NCBI GenBank assembly: GCA_963678065.2 | Contig: CAXXVZ010000005.1 | Span: forward strand, 608,001-672,000 | Source: Treponemataceae bacterium | GTDB taxonomy: Bacteria; Spirochaetota; Spirochaetia; Treponematales; Rectinemataceae | DNA: 64,000 bases | Direction of reading: 5' to 3' | Shown here: positions 26,602 through 34,000 of the stretch, one piece after another | Layout of the letters: every line of letters starts with the position of its first letter | Position numbering within the stretch: position 1 is the stretch's first letter | The notes under the pieces: model-generated | Database searches by the model: none | The model's input: only the letters and a program-made list of their open reading frames with translations | Told to the model about the DNA's origin: nothing | Position numbers and translations under genes: made by a program

Positions 26602-28131
26602 CTACAGCGCCATCTGGAGAATTTTCTCCTGGCTCAGCTCGCTCCGCATGAGTTCGCCCTGTTTCTTCCCCGCCTTCATGACGAGGACTCTGTCGCTCAT
26701 CCCGAGAATTTCCGGAAGGTCGCTCGAGATCATGATGATGGATTTGCCTTCCTGCGCAAGTTTGCCGATGAGTCTGTGGATTTCGCTTTTGGCGCCGACA
26801 TCGACGCCACGCGTCGGCTCGTCGAGGATCAGAATCCTCGGCTCGGTGGCGAGGGCCTTGGCGACAGAAACCTTCTGCTGGTTGCCACCGGAGAGATTGT
26901 TGACGATGAAGTCCGCGTCCGGCGTCTTGATCGCGAGATCAGCGATATATGTTCCGCTGATCTGCGCTTCCTTCGCGTGGTCGATGAGCCCGAGGACTCC
27001 CGAAATCCGTCCGAGGAGGGGCATGGTGATGTTTTCCTTTATCGACATCGGAACGACAAGGCCATATTTCTGTCTGTCCTCCGAGATGTAAACGATTCCG
27101 TGATCCATCGCCGTCTGGTAGTTGCGCAGTGGAACAGGTTCCCCGTCGATGAGGATTTCCCCCGAATCAGGCGGCGCCAGGCCCGTGATGGCGAGGGCGA
27201 GTTCGGTGCGCCCTGCCCCGGCGAGACCGGCAATGCCGAGGATTTCACCTTTGCGCAGGGTCAGATCGACCCCGGCAAGTACGCCTTCCTGACTGATGCC
27301 GCGCGCCTCGAAAACCACCTGGCCCACCGAGACTTCTTCCTTCGGGTAGAGGTTGTGCAAGGTGCGTCCGACCATCCAGGACACGAGCTGGTCCTTGGTG
27401 ACCGCCCCGACATCTTCGGTGGCGACATATTCGCCGTCCCGGATGACAGTCACCCGGTCCGCGATCTGGAATATCTCGTCGAGGCGGTGACTGATGTAGA
27501 GCATCGAGACGCCCTCGGCCTTCAGCCTGGCGATCGTCGAGAAGAGGGTTCCGACTTCCTTGCTGGTGAGGGCGGCCGTCGGCTCATCGAGAATGAGAAT
27601 GCGGGAATCGAAAGAAAGGGCCTTTGCGATTTCCACCATCTGCTTGGTCGCGACGCCGAGCTCGGAAACCTTCGTGTCGAGATCCACGTCCATGCCGAGC
27701 CGGCTGAAAATTTCCTCGGCCTTGGGGCGCATGGCCTTGTAATCGAGGACGGGCGCAAAGCGGACGAGCCCTGCAAAGGACCGCATGAGTTCATGCCCCA
27801 TGAAGATATTCGCGAGGATGCTGAGGTCGGGAAAGAGGCTCGTCTCCTGGAAAATGATGGCGATGCCTTTCGCGTAGGCATGGTTGGGACTCCGGACCTT
27901 GAGCGGCTCACCGTTCAGCTTCATGCTCCCGGAATCCGGCTGGTAGACCCCCGTGATCAGCTTCATGAGGGTGGATTTACCCGCCCCGTTCTCTCCGCAG
28001 ACAGCGTGGACTTCTCCCTCTCTGAGATCGATGGTCATATCCGAAAGGGCCCTTACGCCGGGGAATGACTTGCAGATGCCTTCGATGTGAAGGATCACCT
28101 TTTCTTTTCGTGCTGTGCTCGCTGTTTCCAT
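26602..28131 (-). CDS. Monosaccharide ABC ATP-binding protein (RhaT/RbsA-like, two ATPase domains)
   Basis: GENGAGKS, LSGGNQQK and DEPTRGVDVGAK motifs; likely start METAST at 28131. Confidence 0.93.
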   Translation of the reverse strand: METASTARKEKVILHIEGICKSFPGVRALSDMTIDLREGEVHAVCGENGAGKSTLMKLITGVYQPDSGSMKLNGEPLKVRSPNHAYAKGIAIIFQETSLFPDLSILANIFMGHELMRSFAGLVRFAPVLDYKAMRPKAEEIFSRLGMDVDLDTKVSELGVATKQMVEIAKALSFDSRILILDEPTAALTSKEVGTLFSTIARLKAEGVSMLYISHRLDEIFQIADRVTVIRDGEYVATEDVGAVTKDQLVSWMVGRTLHNLYPKEEVSVGQVVFEARGISQEGVLAGVDLTLRKGEILGIAGLAGAGRTELALAITGLAPPDSGEILIDGEPVPLRNYQTAMDHGIVYISEDRQKYGLVVPMSIKENITMPLLGRISGVLGLIDHAKEAQISGTYIADLAIKTPDADFIVNNLSGGNQQKVSVAKALATEPRILILDEPTRGVDVGAKSEIHRLIGKLAQEGKSIIMISSDLPEILGMSDRVLVMKAGKKQGELMRSELSQEKILQMAL

Positions 28132-28306
28132 GATGTGCGCTTCCAGGATTTCCGCGGACGTTGGGATAAGACTATCCGGCCGGGGGATGCCGGCCGGATA
28201 CTGTACTTGACTGCTTCGGCGATTCAAGGCCATGCAGGACCGGCTTCCGCGTGCCCTGGATCCGATATGCGAGATCCCGGGTCCTGGCGGCAGCCGGTGG
28301 GAGGGT

Positions 28307-29428
28307 TTATTTCCGGAACCCCGACATTCCTGAGTCGGCATTGGGATAGCCGCGGAAGGCATCGATGTTCTTGAGATTCCAGACGAGGGGTTCGCCGAGG
28401 ATGATGACGTTGTTGGCGAGGATCATGTGGCCGGAGGCGGGATACTTGACCGGGGTCTTTCCGTCCATGAAGCTCGGGGCCATGGTGGTGCCGGAGAGCG
28501 GGGACTTGAAGGCGGATCCGGCCGGAGCCTTGCCCTGGAGGACAGCGGAGGTCACGTAGAGGGTGAGGTAGCCGAGGTCGAAGGGCTGCCAGAGAACGAC
28601 GCCGGACATCTTTCCTGCCTGCATATCCTTGCGCGAGGATTCGGGAACGCTGACGCCGACGATCTTGATCGCGTCCTTGATGCCGAGCTGGTCGCGGGCG
28701 GAGGAGACGGCGGGGACCGTGTTGGAGGAGAGGGCTACGATTCCCTTGATCGCCTTGTTGGCGGACAGCAGGGACTTGATCTTCTCGTCGGCCGTGCCCT
28801 GATCGTTTCCTGCGTAGACGATCTGATTGGCTTCGGCCATCAGGTTGATGTGCTTGTACTCCGTGGTCTTCTTAGCGTTGTACTCGTTGATGATGGCCTT
28901 GAGCCAGGCATTCTGGTTGGGAGAATCGTTCGTGGTGGACACGAGGGCGATGGTCGCCTTGCTGGACGCCGTGTAGGAGGCGAGATCTCCCGCGAGGCCC
29001 TTGAGGAGCTGGATGGCGATCTGGTCGCTCTCGACCTGGTTCACGAAGTAATCGCGGGCGGCGACATTGACGTCGGCGTCCCAGGTGATGACCTTGATGC
29101 CCTTGGCCCGCGCGGCCTTGAGGGTGTCGGCGTAGCTCTCGGGATCGAGGGCAGAGACGAGGATGGCATCGTAGCGCTTGTCGATGAAGCTCTGGATGTA
29201 GTTCTTCTGGTTCGCGGCCGAGGTCTGGGACATCGGATCGCCGATCCAGTCTACCTTGATGTTGCCGAGTTCCTTTTCGGCCTGGCGGAAGCCGCGCTCG
29301 CAGGCGATGAAGTAGTCTTCCGCGATGAACTTGGGAATGACGCCCACCTTGTAGGTCTTCTGGGCGAACACGGGGACGGCGGTCGCGAGAACCATGAGCG
29401 CCATCACTGACCAGAACAGTCTCTTCAT
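28307..29428 (-). CDS. Monosaccharide ABC substrate-binding protein (RhaS/LsrB-like)
   Basis: Signal peptide, GGAGG RBS; IPK...YF, KVITWDAD, YFVNQ, NQNAW and LWQPFDLGY motifs; operon ends in rhaM. Confidence 0.85.
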   Translation of the reverse strand: MKRLFWSVMALMVLATAVPVFAQKTYKVGVIPKFIAEDYFIACERGFRQAEKELGNIKVDWIGDPMSQTSAANQKNYIQSFIDKRYDAILVSALDPESYADTLKAARAKGIKVITWDADVNVAARDYFVNQVESDQIAIQLLKGLAGDLASYTASSKATIALVSTTNDSPNQNAWLKAIINEYNAKKTTEYKHINLMAEANQIVYAGNDQGTADEKIKSLLSANKAIKGIVALSSNTVPAVSSARDQLGIKDAIKIVGVSVPESSRKDMQAGKMSGVVLWQPFDLGYLTLYVTSAVLQGKAPAGSAFKSPLSGTTMAPSFMDGKTPVKYPASGHMILANNVIILGEPLVWNLKNIDAFRGYPNADSGMSGFRK

Positions 29429-29525
29429 ACAAACCTCCTATACCTTTTACAGGATCTACATCCTGCGGTCGACAAAAATACATTCACATCATTATCGATA
29501 CTTGTCAAGTTTATCAATGTTCATT

Positions 29526-29543
29526 TGATTGTTTTTGATTGAT
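29526..29543. promoter_or_regulatory. Putative DeoR/RhaR operator (copy 2)
   Basis: TGATTGTTTTTGATTGAT, identical to 12562-12579, upstream of the rhaS-like operon. Confidence 0.7.
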
Positions 29544-29577
29544 TTTGAATAGTATCGATCCATTTCATCTCATCCTG

Positions 29578-30684
29578 CTAGGCAAGGGCGAGCGCCCTGA
29601 CGGCATCGCAGAGGCCCGTGACTGTCTCCGGGCTCACGTCGGCCTGAATGATGTGGGCCGGCGCCATGAGGTAGCCGCCGCGGGAGCCCATGATCCGGGC
29701 CCTCATACTGACCTCGGCGCGGATGGCCTCGAGATTCCCTCCGGGCAGAAGTTCCTGCTGGTCTATTCCTCCGAAAAACGCGATGCGGCCGCCGTATTTT
29801 TCCTGCAGTTCCCGCGGATCGGAGCCGGGAACGTTGGGCTGAACCGGGTTGTAGATGTCGACACCGAGCTCGATGAAATCCTCGATGAGGGGAGCGACCG
29901 CGCCATCGGAGTGGAAGGCGACGAGGAGGCCGGGGTTGGCCGCCTTCAATCGGGCGATGAGCCGCGCGTACCTGGGCTTGAAGCGATCGCGCCACATATC
30001 GGGGGAAATGAGCATCGAGGTCTGCGTGCCGAGATCCTCGCCGAGCCAGATCGCGTCGACCCCCAGAGAAACCAGCTGGAGCGCTATCGCCGTCGTCCAC
30101 TCCTCGACACGGTCGTTCAACTTCTCGATCCAGGGCTCTTCCATGGCGAAATCCATGAGGTACTTTTCCATTCCGACGAGATGCCAGGCGAGTTCGAAGA
30201 GCGAGAGTTCGACATCGCCGATGACGAAATGGCTGCCGCCGAAGCGGGCGATATCGCGGAAGGCTGCGTCGAAGCGGCCGGGGGCGAAGGGATCGGGAAA
30301 TCCATGGCGGGCGAGGCTCTCCTCCGAATCGACATCGGCGAGCGGACATTTCACGACTTCCATATAGAGCGGCGTTGGCTTCATCCACATCCCGAACTCG
30401 TTGAGCGAGGCCCCTTCCCCGACGGGAAGGGCGCGAAAACCGCGAGCCACCGTGGCCCCCACGACGACGCAGTCGGAGCCGAGCGCGGTGCGTATCTCAT
30501 TGGCGGAAATTCGGTAGGTCAGGTCCTCGTAATAGGAGAGGGCGTATTCGGGCCTGATCCCGAGGCGGCGGCCGAACTCCTCGGTCAGACTCCGGCAGAG
30601 GTCGAACTGGAGGGGGACCCTGTCCGGCAGTCCTTCCATTTTGCCAAAAGCTTTCAGTACCCGTTCCCGGCTCGTCATCATCAT
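29578..30684 (-). CDS. Uroporphyrinogen decarboxylase (URO-D) superfamily protein of unknown function
   Basis: PDRVP, GEDLGTQ, FHSDG, NPVQP, GGIDQQ and GGYLMAPAH motifs. Confidence 0.85.
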   Translation of the reverse strand: MMMTSRERVLKAFGKMEGLPDRVPLQFDLCRSLTEEFGRRLGIRPEYALSYYEDLTYRISANEIRTALGSDCVVVGATVARGFRALPVGEGASLNEFGMWMKPTPLYMEVVKCPLADVDSEESLARHGFPDPFAPGRFDAAFRDIARFGGSHFVIGDVELSLFELAWHLVGMEKYLMDFAMEEPWIEKLNDRVEEWTTAIALQLVSLGVDAIWLGEDLGTQTSMLISPDMWRDRFKPRYARLIARLKAANPGLLVAFHSDGAVAPLIEDFIELGVDIYNPVQPNVPGSDPRELQEKYGGRIAFFGGIDQQELLPGGNLEAIRAEVSMRARIMGSRGGYLMAPAHIIQADVSPETVTGLCDAVRALALA

Positions 30685-30811
30685 CGATTCTCCCAGCGTA
30701 TAACTTTCCCGGCCACCCGTATGGGTCGCTCTGGCCTGAGTCTTGCATTCTGGAAATTGGCGCGAACCCGGGCCGGGGAACCGGATTTTCCATCCCCGCC
30801 CGCGCACTCCG

Positions 30812-32593
30812 CTATCCCGACGACACCATCACATCGACGTCGACATATTCATAGGGCGGCACAGGCTGCCCGTTCATGAGAGCGCATGCCATGGGGACGA
30901 TATGCGCTCCGTACCGTTCAGAGTGGTAGTCGACGGCTCCGTCGACGGCTTTGCACCGCAGCTGCGCGATGCCGAGTTCGTCGCAGCCGTGCGATACGGA
31001 TATGAAGCGCCCGGCATCCCAGATTCCGTTGCCACAGAGCGCGTCCAGAGCGCCCTGCATCGATTCCGCGTTGACGGATGTGAGAACGTAGCGGCCGGAG
31101 GGATCAAGTTTTCCGAGAAGGGAGAGGATGGCCGAGTTGGCGGTTCCGTATTCATTTCCGCCTTCCAGCCGGATGATCTTTCCTTCGGCCTCTTCGCCGA
31201 AGACCGCCTCCAGCGAAGCCGCGAAGCCTTCGGTCCTGAGAAGGATGGACTCGCCGCCCGTCGAAAGCTGGAGGAGAATCGCTTTGTCCACGCAATCCCA
31301 GCCTCCGAATTTGGACTGGACAAGGCCGGCGGCGAAGTCTCCCGCGAGGGTTCCCGCCCGCCAGTTGTTCGTGCCGACATAGGGAGCGGAGGGAATCTGC
31401 CCTTCCAGGGCAAGAACCTGCATGCCAGCCTCCCTGCAGAGGTCCCCGATTATGTGGTTGGACCTCGAATCGGTGTTGAATTCCACGAGGACATCGGCCT
31501 TCCATGCGAGGACACGATGGGCGTTCGCGGCAGCCACCTCCGGATCGTAGGCATTGTCGAGCACAAGGATATTCTCTGGCGCAAATCCGGCGAGAGCTGC
31601 CTGGGAGAGAAATCCGCGCTCCACCGAGTTGCAGAACGGTTCGGAGCGGTTTCCGCTGGCGAAAGCGATGCGCCTGCCCTTCCCGGGCATAAATGCGTAG
31701 GGGATTGCATCGCGGGCGCAGGAATAGTATTCGCCGAAACGGGGATAGCCTGCATTTTCCGTCCTGCCGCGTTCGGTCTTCACGATTCTGATACCTTCCC
31801 GGTGCAGGACTTCGGCCATCACGGCGGAAGCATTCACGTCGGTGACGACGATATCGACAGCGGAGAGGGCGGCGAAAGGAGCGAGGGAATGCGATCCCCA
31901 GCGGGAAGACTGCATGAGGACGATCGTCTCCCCGGCCCTTCCCGCGACGATGCGCTTGACGGCGGATTCCTCGGGGGATGAATCGGTGAAACCCGTTTCG
32001 GGAGAAGCCCCGTCGGCCCCGAAAAACGCCCGCGTGATGAAGAAATCAGAAAAAACGGGATGCCCGGAGGCCCCCGACGCGGTCATGGTGGCACAGTCCA
32101 CCTTGCCTCCGGAGAGGTACACGGCGAGATCGCTGACACGCGCCAGCTTGTACGCGATCGCGACACTCGTCGTGACGACGACGACGTTCCGCATTTTCGC
32201 GATATTCCCGGCCAGGAGCCGCGACTCGGGGCTGCCGTCAAGGAAGACAACATCGCCTTCCTTGACGAGGGACGAAGCGGCTCTGGCGATGGATCTGGCC
32301 TCGAGAGGGGGAGGGTCGGCTTTGCCCGCATGGACGGACTTCGGCGCGGCGGAGTCCGGGGACTGTCCGAGTTTTTCCGGCACGAGGGATGCGCCGCCGT
32401 ATTTCCTGATGACGAGTCCCTGGCGCTCGAGCCCGCCAAGATCCGCACGGACAGTAACCTTTGAGACCCCAAAAAGGATGGCGAGTTCATTGACCGAAAC
32501 CGTTCCCCGTTTCTTGAGGACGAAAAGAATTTTCTGGAAGCGCTGTTCCTGGGTGAGTTCCTTTTCGGAAGCATTGCCGGTTCCGGAATCCAT
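30812..32593 (-). CDS. DeoR-type regulator fused to a C-terminal sugar-binding (PBP1) domain
   Basis: VSKVTVRADL...RKYGGA HTH; GDVVFLDGS; VGTNNWRAG; no TM segment. Confidence 0.82.
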   Translation of the reverse strand: MDSGTGNASEKELTQEQRFQKILFVLKKRGTVSVNELAILFGVSKVTVRADLGGLERQGLVIRKYGGASLVPEKLGQSPDSAAPKSVHAGKADPPPLEARSIARAASSLVKEGDVVFLDGSPESRLLAGNIAKMRNVVVVTTSVAIAYKLARVSDLAVYLSGGKVDCATMTASGASGHPVFSDFFITRAFFGADGASPETGFTDSSPEESAVKRIVAGRAGETIVLMQSSRWGSHSLAPFAALSAVDIVVTDVNASAVMAEVLHREGIRIVKTERGRTENAGYPRFGEYYSCARDAIPYAFMPGKGRRIAFASGNRSEPFCNSVERGFLSQAALAGFAPENILVLDNAYDPEVAAANAHRVLAWKADVLVEFNTDSRSNHIIGDLCREAGMQVLALEGQIPSAPYVGTNNWRAGTLAGDFAAGLVQSKFGGWDCVDKAILLQLSTGGESILLRTEGFAASLEAVFGEEAEGKIIRLEGGNEYGTANSAILSLLGKLDPSGRYVLTSVNAESMQGALDALCGNGIWDAGRFISVSHGCDELGIAQLRCKAVDGAVDYHSERYGAHIVPMACALMNGQPVPPYEYVDVDVMVSSG

Positions 32594-32760
32594 TCACGCC
32601 GCCTCGTCGTTCTTTCGTTTCCACAGCATGCTTTCGTTTATCTTGCGATTGGAAAGCATAGGAATTTTATCGCACGACTTTCCGGATCTGTAAAGGAAAA
32701 AAATGCAAATCTTCCAAATTTTCTTACAGACAGGGCAGAGTGGCGGATGGCCGGAAAATT

Positions 32761-32793
32761 GCGAACGGCCCGCCACAATGGCGGGCCGTTCGC
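32761..32793 (-). terminator. Rho-independent terminator-like hairpin
   Basis: 15-bp perfect stem GCGAACGGCCCGCCA-caa-TGGCGGGCCGTTCGC, followed by AATTTT on the minus strand. Confidence 0.7.
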
Positions 32794-32873
32794 GCAGCGA
32801 GAGAGACTGATGCCGGTTCGGACTGGAAGTTCCGGATTTTCTCCGGTTTCCCCGGAGAAAATCCGTCCTGAAC

Positions 32874-33416
32874 TCACTTTCCGCCGACGGGCTTGCGCTT
32901 GTTCCAGGCGTCACGGATAAGGCCGACCATGCTGCCGTGGGCATCGTTGAGGCTCATCGTCGCCCCGGTGCGGACATCGGCGAGCATCGCCTTCTCCTCG
33001 GCGGAGAGGGGGGCTACCTTCGCGGCATCCTTCGAATTAGTGCTGGCGGTGACGACGGGATTGAGGGGGCGGCCATTCACGTCGCTGAGATAGCGGGCAG
33101 CCCAGGCTTCGACTTCATCCACGGTCTTGCCGATGAAGGCTTTCTCGTAGTTGTCCATCTGATGGTACCAATCGTTCTTGGGATTCATGCCGTAGGAGTC
33201 GCCGCGGTCGCGCTTGGTCTTCCAGGATTCCACGGCGGCGGTCACGGATTCGACCGTCGTGGGCATGGTGCCTGCGACTTTCTTGGAATCATGGTCGGTA
33301 AAATTGTAGGGGGCGCTGCCCGGCCAACCGGGGAAATGGGGCATCGTCGGACCATCGTAGTTCGGGGTGGCGACTTCGAGCCCGTCGATTTCGAGGTCGA
33401 GGATCCTGCCTCCCAC
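32874..33416 (-). pseudogene. N-terminally truncated FMN-binding (flavinylated) extracytoplasmic protein remnant
   Basis: LEVATPNYDG..MPHF, KTKRDRG, QMD.YEKAFIGKTVDEVE and DVRTGATMSLND resemble clostridial FMN-binding proteins (recalled, not searched). No signal peptide; an in-frame stop lies 7 codons upstream of the GTG. Confidence 0.55.
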
Positions 33417-33427
33417 ACGAGACCGAC

Positions 33428-33823
33428 TCAGTCGTCATCTTCGACATCGTCGCCCTTGTCTTTTTCCTCATTTTTTACCGTCGCATCATGACCGGAGGCT
33501 CCCGGAGTCGGTCTTCCCGAGGCGACGCTCGCCGAGGACGTGACATCGACCGGAGTGGACCCAGGGCCGGAAGGGCCTGAAACGGCAAGGCTGGCGCCTG
33601 AAGTCGCGTCGGAACCCAAGCCCGCGGCTGAACCCGAGGACATCGATTGACTCGCGCTGGCCCCGGATACCGAGTCGGCAGCGCTGGACGCCACGAGAGT
33701 GGTCGTGGCTTTCGCTGTCTTGCTCGCCGAACTCACGGCATCGGTCGCGCACGACGTTATGGCAAACAGCGAGACAAGAGCCAGACAGAGAATCCCGATT
33801 CCCGACGCGTTCTTTTTGTTCAT
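33428..33823 (-). CDS. Small Ser/Ala/Gly-rich lipoprotein with four putative flavinylation motifs
   Basis: GAGGAG RBS; signal peptide with lipobox AITS-C; DAVSSAS, DSVSGAS, DATSGAS and DVTSSAS; acidic tail. Confidence 0.7.
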   Translation of the reverse strand: MNKKNASGIGILCLALVSLFAITSCATDAVSSASKTAKATTTLVASSAADSVSGASASQSMSSGSAAGLGSDATSGASLAVSGPSGPGSTPVDVTSSASVASGRPTPGASGHDATVKNEEKDKGDDVEDDD

Positions 33824-34000
33824 CCTTCTTCTCCTCATAATATTTGCAGTTTTCTATAAAACCAAAGTTTTATATATGGAAATAGTATCGCGTTTATCGA
33901 CGAATTCAATTTAAATAATTTTTATCTAAATTCCCTTGACACAGTTAGTAAATTTCGGTAAATACATATCTATATTTTTTTATCTAAAGGAGTGATCATC

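Noticed and set aside
33416..33428. Programmed frameshift or readthrough joining the lipoprotein and the FMN-binding remnant
   Set aside because: The ORFs are in different frames with stops in both, the first ends in a natural-looking acidic tail, and no clear slippery site with a stimulatory structure is evident.
33840..34000. Rex operator upstream of adhE
   Set aside because: No convincing TTGTGAA-N4-TTCACAA-like palindrome is present.
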